NCBI GenBank assembly: GCA_038851755.1
Contig: JAWCKR010000007.1
Location: 1-64,000 of the forward strand
Source: Candidatus Hadarchaeales archaeon
GTDB taxonomy: Archaea; Hadarchaeota; Hadarchaeia; Hadarchaeales; WYZ-LMO6
DNA: 64,000 bases
Direction of reading: 5' to 3'
The position numbers were made by a program, and so were the translations under genes. The stretch's first letter is position 1. Each line of letters begins with the position of its first letter. The notes below the pieces were generated by a model. It did no database searches. It had not been told where the DNA came from and worked only from the letters and a program-made list of their open reading frames with translations. Below are positions 45,849 to 55,670 of the stretch, one piece after another.

Positions 45849-47207
45849 AGTTTTGCCGCCGTGCACCTTTCCCCTGGCCAGGGAAAAAAACGTGCCCAAA
45901 AGGCAGAGGAGGGCGAAGAGGAGGAAAAGGGCCCTCATGGCCTCCAGGAAGGGGGAATAGACCTCCGGCTCCAGCTTGGTCCTTCCCAGGTGTAGGGAAA
46001 GGGTCAGGGTGGCTATTCCCATGCTGGTGGCTTGGCCCACCTGCCTCATCGTACCGAGCGTGGCGGAGGCCAAACCGTAGTACTTCCCTTCCACGGAGCT
46101 CATCACTGCGTTGGTGTTGGGGGAGGAGAAGAGGGCAAAACCCAGCCCGAGGACCGAGAGGCTGAGCACCACCTGCACCAGAGGAGTCCTCTCCCCCAGG
46201 AAAGCCAGGGAAAAGAGCCCCACGGAGGTGAGGGCCATCCCCGCGGAAGCCACCACCTGTGGTTCCATCCTGTCCGACCACCTGCCCGCCAGGGGAGAGA
46301 AGAGGGCTTGCAGAAGGGGTTGCACCATGAGCACCGCACCCGCTTCGCCCGGGGAGAGGGAGCGGGGATGCTGAAGGTAGAGGCTGAGGAGAAAGGTGGA
46401 GGCAAAGGTGGCGCTGTAGTTGATGAAAGCCGCCAGGTTGGAGAAGAGAAAGACCCTGTTGCCCCTGAAGAGGGAAAGGTTCAGTATCGGCTCCCTCTCC
46501 CTCCCCTCCAGGAGGAGGAAAAGGGGAAAGAGGAGGACCCCGCAGAGGAAGGAAGAGAGGCCAAGGGGGGAGGGGAGGGAGGAAAGGCCGTAGACGAGGA
46601 GAACGAGCATGAGGCCATAGAAGAGCGAACCTGGCAGGTCGAACCTTCCCCCTCTCTCCCCGTCCTCTTCCAGCCTCAGGGAAAGGAGGAGGGTGGAGAG
46701 GGAAAGGAGGGAGGAAAAGAGGAAGACGCTCCTCCAGCCGAAGCTCTGGGTAAGGGCGCCACCCAGCAGGGGACCCATCAGGAGGCCCAGGTAAACGGCC
46801 GCGGTGTTCATTCCCAGCACCTTTCCCCTTTCCCCCCTCGGAAAGGCCGAGGTGAGGAGGGCCACGCCGGTGGACACCACCATTGCCCCGCCCACCCCCT
46901 GAACCACCCGGAAGACCAGGAAGAGGAACAGGGAGGGGGAGGAGGCGGAAAAGAGGCTGGAGAGGGAGAGGAGGAGGAGGCCCAGCACCAAAAACCTCTT
47001 CCTGCCCCTGAGGTCCGCCAGCCTGCCGAAGGGGAGGAGGAAGGCCGCGGAGCTCAGGAGGAAGGAGGTGTTGACCCATCCCAGGAGGACAGCGTCGGCG
47101 TGAAACTCCTCCTGAAGGGAGGGAAGGGTGAGGTTGACGGAGGAACCCAGGAAGGGTGTAAGAAAGGAAGCGATGGCCACCGTCACCAGGAGGTAGACCC
47201 TGCGCAT
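45837..47207 (-). CDS. MFS transporter (14-TM, DHA2-like)
   Basis: GRLADLRGRKR motif A, GP.LGG.L...GWR, multiple TM segments. Confidence 0.92.
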   Translation of the reverse strand: MRRVYLLVTVAIASFLTPFLGSSVNLTLPSLQEEFHADAVLLGWVNTSFLLSSAAFLLPFGRLADLRGRKRFLVLGLLLLSLSSLFSASSPSLFLFLVFRVVQGVGGAMVVSTGVALLTSAFPRGERGKVLGMNTAAVYLGLLMGPLLGGALTQSFGWRSVFLFSSLLSLSTLLLSLRLEEDGERGGRFDLPGSLFYGLMLVLLVYGLSSLPSPLGLSSFLCGVLLFPLFLLLEGREREPILNLSLFRGNRVFLFSNLAAFINYSATFASTFLLSLYLQHPRSLSPGEAGAVLMVQPLLQALFSPLAGRWSDRMEPQVVASAGMALTSVGLFSLAFLGERTPLVQVVLSLSVLGLGFALFSSPNTNAVMSSVEGKYYGLASATLGTMRQVGQATSMGIATLTLSLHLGRTKLEPEVYSPFLEAMRALFLLFALLCLLGTFFSLARGKVHGGKTSAH

Positions 47208-47303
47208 CCTTTACCTCTCCTGGAGGGGAAAAAACAATAGGGGAAAGAGCGGTAAGGTTAAATATCCATACTTTTTCAATTAGCCGTAACATCCGGTGAA
47301 AGC

Positions 47304-48362
47304 ATGGAGGCGAAGCCCAAGGTCTTCGGCCACTTGCTCAAGGAGGTGGTGAAGGCAGGTATCTGCGCTGGGTGCGCTGCCTGCGCCGTCTCCTGCGAGC
47401 CTGGAGTGCTGGGCTTCGAGACGGAACCCAAAATCGTGGGGAAGTGCACCTCCTGCGGCGTTTGCTACTCCGTCTGCCCACAGACTCCCACCTCCAAGGA
47501 GCTGGTCCAACCCTCCCCGGGAGCCCAAACCGACCCCTCCGTGGGCAGCTTCCTGGAAGCCCTTTCCGTGCGTTCCCTGGATGAGGAGGTACTGCGGAAA
47601 TGCCAGGACGGCGGGGCGGTGTCCTCCCTCCTTCTTTCCCTCCTCTCCGAGGGTTACATAGATGGGGCCCTCCTGATGGGGGTGGGGAAGGAGCCCTGGA
47701 GACCCGAGGCCAGGCTCGCCAAAACCAGGGAAGAGATCCTCGAAGCCGCGGGAACGAAGTACACGCGCGGTCCCCTTTTCCTCCCCCTCAAAGGGGCGGA
47801 AGGTCTCCAGAAGCTGGCGGTGGTGGGCGTCCCCTGCCAGGTCAGGGCGGCGAGGAAGATCCAGAGGGGAGACCTGCCCTACCCCAAGCTGGGAGAGAAG
47901 ATCAAACTGGTGGTGGGCCTCTTCTGCATGGAGTCCTTCAACCATGAGAAGCTTAGGGAGTTCCTCAGGGAGAAGATGGGCGTGAACCTGGAGGAGGTGG
48001 TGAAGTTCGACATAAAGAAGGGGAAATTCATCTGCAGGCTGAAAGACGGGCAAAGCAAGGAAATCGAGGTAAAAGCCCTGCACGAGTGCGTCAATCCCTC
48101 CTGTTTCTTCTGCACCGACTTCACCTCCGAGCTGGCCGACCTCTCTGTGGGGGCGGTGGGTTCGCCCCTGGGCAGGTCCACCGTCCTGGTCAGGACTGCC
48201 AGGGGTGAGGAGGTGCTGGAGGTCCTGCGCCGCTCCGGGAAGGCCGAGCTGAAGCCCCTAGCCGAGTTCAAACCTGGGATAGAGGGAGTGAAGAAGGTGG
48301 CAGGGGTAAAGAGGGCGGGGGCGGAGAAGAGAAAGGGTGAGGGGAAGTCCCCCGCACCCTGA
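47304..48362 (+). CDS. FrhB/FdhB/FpoF-family F420-binding subunit with N-terminal 2x[4Fe-4S]
   Basis: CAGCAAC, CTSCGVC..CP, QDGG.V, GTKY, G.PCQ, GLFCMESF, C..C.DF...ADLSVG. Confidence 0.88.
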   Translation: MEAKPKVFGHLLKEVVKAGICAGCAACAVSCEPGVLGFETEPKIVGKCTSCGVCYSVCPQTPTSKELVQPSPGAQTDPSVGSFLEALSVRSLDEEVLRKCQDGGAVSSLLLSLLSEGYIDGALLMGVGKEPWRPEARLAKTREEILEAAGTKYTRGPLFLPLKGAEGLQKLAVVGVPCQVRAARKIQRGDLPYPKLGEKIKLVVGLFCMESFNHEKLREFLREKMGVNLEEVVKFDIKKGKFICRLKDGQSKEIEVKALHECVNPSCFFCTDFTSELADLSVGAVGSPLGRSTVLVRTARGEEVLEVLRRSGKAELKPLAEFKPGIEGVKKVAGVKRAGAEKRKGEGKSPAP

Positions 48363-48404
48363 GCAACCTTTTTTTCCCTCCTGGAGGAGAGTTCCGCGGA
48401 ACCC

Positions 48405-48713
48405 ATGGTGGTAGCTGAGATCTCCGTCCTTCCCGTGGGAACTGGGAGCTCCTCCGTGAGCGAGTACGTGGCCAGGGCCGTGGAGGTGCTGAGGAGGAGG
48501 GGACTGAAGTACCAGGTTACGGCCATGTGCACCCTGGTGGAGGGGGGGCTGGAGGAGGTGCTGGAGGCGGTGAAGGAGATGCACGAGGCGGTGCTGGAAG
48601 CGGGGGCGAAGAGGGTCATCACCACCCTCAAGGTGGACGAGCGGAGGGACAAGCCTCTTTCCCTGGAGGGAAAGGTGAGAGCCGTGAAGGAGAGGCTGGA
48701 GGGCGGGGGATGA
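48405..48713 (+). CDS. MTH1187/YkoF family thiamine-binding protein
   Basis: SVLPVGT..SVS.YVA, T.VEG, KVDERRDK. Confidence 0.88.
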   Translation: MVVAEISVLPVGTGSSSVSEYVARAVEVLRRRGLKYQVTAMCTLVEGGLEEVLEAVKEMHEAVLEAGAKRVITTLKVDERRDKPLSLEGKVRAVKERLEGGG

Positions 48714-49549
48714 GGATAGACCTGGAGTGCTTCCCCTGCCTCCTGAGGCAGGCGGTGGAAGCCTGCAGGCTCGCCACGGAGGAGGAGGAAAAGAGGATGG
48801 AGGTGATCAGGGGGGCCCTCCGGATTTTGGAGAGGGCCCCTCGCGAGAGCACCCCTCCCCTGCTCTGTCTGAGGGTGCACGGAGAGGTGAAGAGAATCAC
48901 GGGGAACGCCGACCCCTACCGGGAGGTGAAGAGGGCCTTCAACTCGCTGGCGAGGAAGATGTATCCCGAGCTGAGAAAGATGGTGGAGGAATCGTCTGAC
49001 AAACTCCTCACCGCCGTGAAGGTGGCCATAGCGGGCAACGTGATAGACGTGGGGCCGGGAATGGACTTCGACCCGAGGAGGACGGTCTCGGAGGTGATGG
49101 CCAAACAGCTTCACCCCAACCATCTAGAGCACCTGAGGAGGGAACTGGAGAGGAGCAAGACGGTAGTGTATCTGGCTGACAACGCGGGAGAGGTCCTCTT
49201 CGACCGGGTGCTGATAGAGACCCTCGAGGACAAGCATGTGATCTACGTGGTGAAGAAGGATCCCCTCCTCAACGATGCCTCGCTGGAGGATGCAAGGTTC
49301 GCCGGGATGGAAGAGCTCGCGGAGGTGGTGGAGATAGAGCTGGACCCCGAGACCGTGTACACCCCCTCGCAGGCGGAACTGCTCAGGAAGGCCGAGGTGG
49401 TGATAAGCAAGGGACAGGGAAACTACGAGACCCTGGAGGGGACGGGGGCCAACCTCTTCTACCTCCTCATGGTAAAGTGTCCGGTGGTAGCCAGGAAGCT
49501 GGGCGGAAAGGTGGGGGATCTGGTGGTGAAGGGTGAAAGGGTTGGATGA
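48710..49549 (+). CDS. DUF89 / ARMT1-like damage-control phosphatase
   Basis: C.PC..RQ, DPY...K, GNVID, DNAGE..FD, NDA, KGQGNYE, KC. Confidence 0.9.
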   Translation: MRIDLECFPCLLRQAVEACRLATEEEEKRMEVIRGALRILERAPRESTPPLLCLRVHGEVKRITGNADPYREVKRAFNSLARKMYPELRKMVEESSDKLLTAVKVAIAGNVIDVGPGMDFDPRRTVSEVMAKQLHPNHLEHLRRELERSKTVVYLADNAGEVLFDRVLIETLEDKHVIYVVKKDPLLNDASLEDARFAGMEELAEVVEIELDPETVYTPSQAELLRKAEVVISKGQGNYETLEGTGANLFYLLMVKCPVVARKLGGKVGDLVVKGERVG

Positions 49550-50624
49550 GGGCTGCATCACGTCGGAGGAAATGGGCAGGGTGGACGAGGAGTCGGAGAA
49601 GTTCGGAGTTCCCAGGGCTCTCCTGATGGAGAACGCGGGAAGCTCGGTGGCCAGGTTCCTCCTCCGGACCTTCGGGAGGAAGGGGGTGCTTCTCTTCTGC
49701 GGCACGGGGAATAACGGGGGGGACGGACTGGTGGCCGCCAGACACCTCGCTTCCTACGGGTGCAGGACGGAGGTGGTGATGGTGGGGGACCCCTCGAAGA
49801 TCAGGACCCCGGAAGCCCGCTTGAACTGGGAGGTGGTGAGGAAGATGGACAGCGTGGGGAAGAGGACGGTGCTCTCCCCGCGGGACCTAGAGGGGTTGGG
49901 GGGGGAGGATTTTGGGGTGGTGGTGGACGCCATGCTGGGAACGGGGGTGAAGGGGGAGCTGAGGGAGCCCTACCTCTCCTCGGTTAGATGGATCAACCGC
50001 TCGGGGCTCCCTGTGGTGGCGGTGGACACGCCCACCGGCCTCGATCCTTCCACGGGAAAGATCTGCGGGGAAGCGGTGAAAGCCACCTTCACCCTGACCT
50101 TCCACCGGATGAAGAAAGGCTTGCTGATGGCCCCCCACCTGACGGGCACGGTCCTGGTGGAGGGGATAGGGGTGCCACCCGAAGCGGAGGGGAAGGCCCT
50201 CGGACGCGTTCTTCCCCCCTCTCCTCCGGAGCCCTCCAGACTCGTGAGCGCCTGCCTGCTTGGGGTGAAGTGCAGGTGGGACGGAAAAGCGAGGGAGGAC
50301 GAGGGAGTGAAGGAACTGGCCAGGAGGGGGGTGCTGGTTCCCGTTTGCCCGGAGGTGCTGGGAGGTCTCGGGATCCCGAGAGCACCCATGAGGCTCACGG
50401 GAAAGCCGGAGGAGGTGCTCGAAGGGAAAGCCAGGGCCCTGAGGGAGGATGGGAGGGACGTGACGGGAGAAATGGTGAGGGGTGCGGAGGAGGTCCTGAG
50501 GATTGCCAGGACCCTGGGGATCATGAGAGCCCTGCTCAAGGAAGGAAGCCCCTCCTGCGGCAGGGAGGGGGTCACGGCGGCCCTCCTGAGGAGGGAGGGG
50601 CTGGCGCTGGAGTGGGTGGAGTGA
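49533..50624 (+). CDS. NAD(P)HX epimerase (YjeF_N/NnrE) fused to a DUF523/TudS-like domain
   Basis: N-terminal: LMENAG, GNNGGDG, DA.LGTG, VD.PTG. C-terminal: SACLLG..CRWDG, CPEV.GGL..PR, K..SPSCG, GV.AALL. Confidence 0.85.
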   Translation: MKGLDEGCITSEEMGRVDEESEKFGVPRALLMENAGSSVARFLLRTFGRKGVLLFCGTGNNGGDGLVAARHLASYGCRTEVVMVGDPSKIRTPEARLNWEVVRKMDSVGKRTVLSPRDLEGLGGEDFGVVVDAMLGTGVKGELREPYLSSVRWINRSGLPVVAVDTPTGLDPSTGKICGEAVKATFTLTFHRMKKGLLMAPHLTGTVLVEGIGVPPEAEGKALGRVLPPSPPEPSRLVSACLLGVKCRWDGKAREDEGVKELARRGVLVPVCPEVLGGLGIPRAPMRLTGKPEEVLEGKARALREDGRDVTGEMVRGAEEVLRIARTLGIMRALLKEGSPSCGREGVTAALLRREGLALEWVE

Positions 50625-51958
50625 GGAGCTTCGACCTCGTGGTGGTGGGGGGAAGCTCCAGCGGGATAGCGGCGGCCCTCACCGCCGCCCGCAGGCACCG
50701 GGACAAAAAAATCGCGGTGGTGAGGAAGGAGGAGAAGGCCCTCATCCCCTGCTCCCTTCCCTATCTCTTCCACACCCTCGACTCCCCCGGGAAGGCCCTC
50801 ATCTCGGACGAAGCCCTCTCCGCGGCCGGGGTGGAGCTGGTGACAGCGGAGGTAACCTCGCTCGGGAGGAGGGAGGGAAAGCTCCTGACCTCGGAGGGGG
50901 AAATGAGGTACGACAGGCTCATCCTGGCCACCGGCTCCGTCCCCCTCCCCCCACCCTTCCCTGGGGGGGAGAAGGAGAACGTCTTCGTGATGGGGAAGGA
51001 ACTGGAGCAGGTGGAGAGGATGAGGGCCTCCCTGCGTGGTGCGGGTGAAGTGGTCATCGTGGGGGGAGGCTTCGTGGGGGTGGAGCTGGCCGAGGAGCTG
51101 GCGAAGGGGGGGAAGAAGGTCACGGTGGTGGAACTCCTACCGCGCTGCCTCTCCTCAGGCTTCGACGAGGAGGTGAGCAGGGAGGCGGAGAAGATCCTGG
51201 TGGAGAGGGGGGTGAGGGTGCTCACCGGGAGGAGGGTGAAGGAAGTGGTGGGGAAGGAAGAGGCGGAGGGTCTGAGGCTGGAGGATGGGGAAGAGCTGCC
51301 AGCGGACGCGGTGGTGGTCTCCACGGGCCTCGCCCCCAGGGTGGAGCTGGCGAGAGAAAGTGGACTGGAGCTGGGTCCCACGGGCGGGATCAGGGTGGAC
51401 GAATACCAGCGCACCTCCGACCCCCGCATCCTGGCCTGCGGGGACTGCGCGGAGAAGAGGTCCTTCCTCACGGGCAAACCCATCAGACTCATGCTGGCCT
51501 CCGTGGGGGCCTTCGAGGGCAGAATCGCGGGCTCCAACCCCTTCGGCAACCTGAGGAAGAACCCAGGAGCGGTGGGGGCCTTCCTCACCACGCTGGGTGA
51601 GACCGTCTTCGCTTCGGCAGGCCTAACGGAGGAGATGGCGGAAAGGGAAGGCTTCCGCGTCGTCGTGGGGAGGGCCTCCTCCTCCACCAGACATCCCAGG
51701 CACCTCCCCGGGGCCTCCACCCTGAAAGTGAAGCTGGTGTGCGGGAGGGAAACGGGCCTGCTGCTGGGGGGACAGCTGGTGGGGGGGAGGGAGGCCGCCG
51801 AGCTGGCCAACCTCCTGAGTGTTTATATCCTCTCCAGGGCCAAAGCGGAGGACCTCGCCCTCCTCCAGCACGGCACCCACCCTCTCCTGACCCCCTCCCC
51901 CGTGACCCATCCCCTCCACCAGGCGGCGGAAGGAATCCTGAGACAAACGAGTTTTTAG
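50621..51958 (+). CDS. CoA-disulfide reductase / NADH oxidase family flavoprotein
   Basis: VVVGG, IPCSLPY (redox Cys), ATG, GGGFVGVE, ACGDC. Confidence 0.85.
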   Translation: MRSFDLVVVGGSSSGIAAALTAARRHRDKKIAVVRKEEKALIPCSLPYLFHTLDSPGKALISDEALSAAGVELVTAEVTSLGRREGKLLTSEGEMRYDRLILATGSVPLPPPFPGGEKENVFVMGKELEQVERMRASLRGAGEVVIVGGGFVGVELAEELAKGGKKVTVVELLPRCLSSGFDEEVSREAEKILVERGVRVLTGRRVKEVVGKEEAEGLRLEDGEELPADAVVVSTGLAPRVELARESGLELGPTGGIRVDEYQRTSDPRILACGDCAEKRSFLTGKPIRLMLASVGAFEGRIAGSNPFGNLRKNPGAVGAFLTTLGETVFASAGLTEEMAEREGFRVVVGRASSSTRHPRHLPGASTLKVKLVCGRETGLLLGGQLVGGREAAELANLLSVYILSRAKAEDLALLQHGTHPLLTPSPVTHPLHQAAEGILRQTSF

Positions 51959-51981
51959 GGAAAAAAACAGAGCCCTACTCG

Positions 51982-52713
51982 ATGGAGCCCATCCTGGAGG
52001 TCGAGGGTCTGAGGGCCGTGGTGGACGGGAGGGCCGTGCTCAAGGGGGTGGACCTCACCGTGCCGGAGGGTGAGGTGCACGCCCTGCTGGGCCCCAACGC
52101 CTCGGGCAAGTCCTCCCTGGCTCAGGTCCTGCTGGGCATGCCCACCTTCCACGTGGTCTCCGGGACGATAAGGTTCAAGGGGAAGGAGGTGACGCGCTCC
52201 CCCCTGGAGGAGAGGGTGAAGATGGGGATGGCCCTGATGTTCCAGAACCCGCCCGTGGTGAGGGGGGTGAAGCTGGGAGACATCCTCAAGATCCTGAGCG
52301 GGAGGACCGGGAGCACCCGGATAGCCAGGCTCACCTCCCATCTGCAGATAGGGGAGGAGCTCCTGCACCGGGACCTCAACTACGGCTTCTCGGGAGGGGA
52401 GAGGAAGAAGGCGGAGGCCCTCCAGGTGCTCGCCATGGACCCGGACTTCCTCATCCTGGACGAGCCGGACTCGGGGGTCGACGTGGAGAACCTAGAGCTC
52501 ATGGGGAGGGAGCTCTCCAGGGCCCTGGAGGGGAAATCCGCGCTGGTGATCACCCACACCAGCTACATCCTGAAGTACCTGAAGCCCGTGCAGGCCCACG
52601 TGATGATAGAGGGGAGGGTCGCCTGCCACGGGGATCCTGAGAAAATCTTGGAGACCATTCAGGCCAAGGGCTACGAGTGGTGTAAGAGATGTCCGTCCGC
52701 GATGAGGAGCTGA
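51982..52713 (+). CDS. sufC: SufC/SmsC Fe-S assembly ATPase
   Basis: GPNASGKS, FSGGERKK, LDEPDSG, ITH; C-terminal C...CKRC. Confidence 0.9.
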   Translation: MEPILEVEGLRAVVDGRAVLKGVDLTVPEGEVHALLGPNASGKSSLAQVLLGMPTFHVVSGTIRFKGKEVTRSPLEERVKMGMALMFQNPPVVRGVKLGDILKILSGRTGSTRIARLTSHLQIGEELLHRDLNYGFSGGERKKAEALQVLAMDPDFLILDEPDSGVDVENLELMGRELSRALEGKSALVITHTSYILKYLKPVQAHVMIEGRVACHGDPEKILETIQAKGYEWCKRCPSAMRS

Positions 52714-53888
52714 GGGAGGCCCTGAACAGGCCATCCCCCTACGGTCCCGACCTGGATCTCTCCTCCTACCTCCCCGAGGCCGGGGAGAAGCCAGAGGAGC
52801 CAGGACAGGAGGTCTCCTCCGTGGGAATAGACCCCAGGGGGGAGGGGAGGGCGGGAAGCTTCGTGCAGGTGGACCACTCCGCCCTCTACGCCCGGATCCA
52901 GAAGATGTACGAGGACAGCGTAGAGATCCTGAGCTTCGAGGACGCCGTGAAGAGGTACGACTGGCTCCAGGAATACGTGTGGAAGGCCGTGAGCCCCACG
53001 GCGGACAAGTACACCGCCTTCACCGCCCTGAAGGGGAAAGGCGGGTACTTCATCCGGGTGCTGGAGGGGAAGGAGGTGGTGCTGCCCCTGCAGGCCTGCC
53101 TCTACGTCCGCACCAGGAACCTGCTGCAGGCTGTCCACAACCTCATCCTCATGGAGAGGGACTCCTCCGCCCAGCTCCTCACGGGCTGCCTCACCCATCC
53201 CCAGGTCGAGAGGGGCTTCCACATAGGGATCTCCGAGTTCTACCTCAAGAGGGGGTCCAAGCTCACCTTCACCATGGTCCACCACTGGGGACCCAAGGTG
53301 GACGTGAGGCCCAGGACGGGGGTGGTGATGGAGGATGAGAGCACCTTCGTGAGCAATTACATCGCCCTCACTCCGGTGGCTTCCCTCCAGGCCTACCCAA
53401 GGGTGAGGATGATGGGAAAGAAGGCCTCCGCAACCCTCAACTCCATCGTGTACGGAAGGGGATCCTCCCAGTACGACCTGGGCGGGTGGATCGAGATGAT
53501 GGGGTCTTCCAACAAGGGAGAGATCGTGGGAAGGACGGTCACGGCGGAGGAGTCCAGGGTGTTGATGAGGGCCAGGCTCACCAGCCTGGGGAAGGACAAC
53601 GTGGGGCACGTGGAGTGCAACGGCCTCATGCTCTCCCCCCAGTCGGAGATCTCCGCCGTGCCGGAGCTCGTCTCCAGAAGCTCCACCTCCACCCTCACCC
53701 ACGAGGCCGCGGTGGGAAAGCTCAACGAGGAGCAGGTGCTTTACCTGATGTCGAGGGGTCTGGGGAGGAAGGAAGCGGAGGACCTCCTCATCAGGGGCTT
53801 CCTGGACGTGAGGATCCTGAAGCTCCCGGAGTTCCTGCAGCAGCAGGTGGAGCGCATCGTCCAGCTGGCCATGGGAAGGGGGCTGTAG
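52689..53888 (+). CDS. sufB: SufB/SmsB scaffold
   Basis: P.QAC, HN, TGC, H.G.SEF, GHVECNGL, PEL, THEAAVG, YLMSRG, GF. Confidence 0.88.
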   Translation: MSVRDEELREALNRPSPYGPDLDLSSYLPEAGEKPEEPGQEVSSVGIDPRGEGRAGSFVQVDHSALYARIQKMYEDSVEILSFEDAVKRYDWLQEYVWKAVSPTADKYTAFTALKGKGGYFIRVLEGKEVVLPLQACLYVRTRNLLQAVHNLILMERDSSAQLLTGCLTHPQVERGFHIGISEFYLKRGSKLTFTMVHHWGPKVDVRPRTGVVMEDESTFVSNYIALTPVASLQAYPRVRMMGKKASATLNSIVYGRGSSQYDLGGWIEMMGSSNKGEIVGRTVTAEESRVLMRARLTSLGKDNVGHVECNGLMLSPQSEISAVPELVSRSSTSTLTHEAAVGKLNEEQVLYLMSRGLGRKEAEDLLIRGFLDVRILKLPEFLQQQVERIVQLAMGRGL

Positions 53889-53891
53889 CCC

Positions 53892-54092
53892 TTGAGGGTC
53901 AGGGTGAGGGCCGAGGGGAGGGAGCGGGAGGTGGAGGTGGGGGAGGGGACCACCGTGGAGGGGCTGCTGGAGGAGCTGGGGTACGACAGGGAGAGCGTGC
54001 TGGTGAGGAAGGGGAAGAAGCTGGTGGTGGAGGAGGAGAGGCTCTCGGAGGGGGACGAGCTGGAGATCCTCAGGGTGGTCACGGGGGGCTAG
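53892..54092 (+). CDS. Ubiquitin-like sulfur carrier (SAMP/ThiS/TtuB)
   Basis: 66 aa, beta-grasp pattern, C-terminal VTGG. Confidence 0.88.
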   Translation: MRVRVRAEGREREVEVGEGTTVEGLLEELGYDRESVLVRKGKKLVVEEERLSEGDELEILRVVTGG

Positions 54093-54097
54093 GAACG

Positions 54098-55021
54098 CTG
54101 CGCTGCACCCTCTGCGGGCGCTCGGCCGTCTACCACCGCAGGTACGCGGGCGTGCTCCTCTGCGACCGGTGCTTCCTGAGGAGCGTGGAGAGCAGGTTCA
54201 GGAGGGCGGTGTACGGGGGGAGGATGGCCCTCCCCGGTGAGAGGATAGGGGTGGCGGTTTCGGGAGGAAAAGACAGTGTCTCCCTCCTCCACCTGATGAC
54301 CGAGCTGGGGAGGGCGAAGAAGTTCAGGGTGGTGGCCCTCTCGGTGGACGAGGGGATAGAGGGGTACCGGGAAGAGTCCCTGACCTGCGCGAGGGAGGCC
54401 GCCTCCCTCCTGGGAGTGGAGCACCGGGTGGTGAGCTTCAGGGAGAGCTTCGGGGCCGCCCTGGACGAGATGGTCAGGCTGGCGGAGGAGAGGAAGACGG
54501 GACTCGACCCCTGCACCTACTGCGGGGTGATGAGGAGGTACCTGCTGAACAGGATGGCCAGGGAAGCGGGACTGACGAGGGTGGCCACGGGACATAACCT
54601 GGACGACGAGGTGCAGACCATCCTGCTCAACTACCTGAGGGGGGACCTCTCCAGGCTCCTGCGCCTGGGACCCGTCTACTCCTCGAGGGAGGGCTTCGTT
54701 CCCAGGGTGAAGCCGTTGAGGGAGATCCCTGAGAGGGAGGTGGCGGCCTACGCCCTCCTGAGGGGGCTGAAGGTCCACCTGGGGCAGTGCCCGTACGCCC
54801 GGGGGATGCACGCGGAGGTGAGGGACTTCCTGAACAGGCTGGAGAGCAGGCACCCCAACTGCAAGTTCGGAATCCTCAGGACCTTCGAGAGGCTGAAGGC
54901 GGGGCTGAGAGAGGACCAGAAACCGGAGGTGGAGCTGGGGGAGTGCGAGGTATGCGGAGAGCCGACCCCTACCCGGGTGTGCAGGACCTGCGAGCTCCTG
55001 GAGGGGCTCGGGCTGCGCTGA
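54098..55021 (+). CDS. tRNA 2-thiolation enzyme NcsA/TtuA family (probable CTG start)
   Basis: N-terminal CxxC...CxxC, SGGKDS PP-loop, CTYCGV.RR, TGHNLDD, CPY, C-terminal CxxC...CxxC. Confidence 0.9.
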   Translation: MRCTLCGRSAVYHRRYAGVLLCDRCFLRSVESRFRRAVYGGRMALPGERIGVAVSGGKDSVSLLHLMTELGRAKKFRVVALSVDEGIEGYREESLTCAREAASLLGVEHRVVSFRESFGAALDEMVRLAEERKTGLDPCTYCGVMRRYLLNRMAREAGLTRVATGHNLDDEVQTILLNYLRGDLSRLLRLGPVYSSREGFVPRVKPLREIPEREVAAYALLRGLKVHLGQCPYARGMHAEVRDFLNRLESRHPNCKFGILRTFERLKAGLREDQKPEVELGECEVCGEPTPTRVCRTCELLEGLGLR

Positions 55022-55073
55022 TCCCTGAGTCCAGAGGAGGAGGCTTAAATAACGGGGGGAGAAGGAGGGAGCG

Positions 55074-55670
55074 ATGTCCGCCCAGGAAAGGTGGACCTGG
55101 GAGAACTGCAGGGACGACCTGAGAAAGCTTAGGGGGAGGATGGGGTTCGGGGAGGAGGTGAGGTTCCTGGGTCTCAGGCTCTCCCTCCAGGACGGGACCA
55201 TCTACGACGAGCTCAAGAACCGCCCCTACCCGAAGGACCAGCTGCGGTGGGAGAGGATCTACTGCTTCCTGAGCTTCTACGCCAGAGCCGAGCCCGTTCC
55301 CGAAACCTCCAGGCTCATCACCTCCAAGCAGCTGAAGGGGGGAGAGTACTGCCCCGACATGACCCTCGAGCGCTGCAAATCCCTCCTGCTGGAGAAGTTC
55401 GGGTCGAGGGGGGAGAGGCTGGTGAAGGCGGCCAGGGTCTTAGGCGGATCGGAGGTGAAGGTGGGGTACGGGGACTACGCGGTGAGGCTCAGGTCCCTTC
55501 CCCTCGTTCCCATCACCTTTGTGCTCACGCTGGCGGACGAGGAGTTCCCTGCCTCCCTGGAAATCCTCTTCGACGAGTCCATCTCCAGCTATCTGGACGC
55601 GGAGCAGGTGGGGATGCTCACGGGACTGACGGCGGAGAGGCTGAAGGACGCGGACGAGCTCTTAGGGTGA
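55074..55670 (+). CDS. DUF3786-like protein
   Basis: LKGG, LPLVP, DEEFPA...ILFD.....L..E pattern. Confidence 0.75.
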   Translation: MSAQERWTWENCRDDLRKLRGRMGFGEEVRFLGLRLSLQDGTIYDELKNRPYPKDQLRWERIYCFLSFYARAEPVPETSRLITSKQLKGGEYCPDMTLERCKSLLLEKFGSRGERLVKAARVLGGSEVKVGYGDYAVRLRSLPLVPITFVLTLADEEFPASLEILFDESISSYLDAEQVGMLTGLTAERLKDADELLG

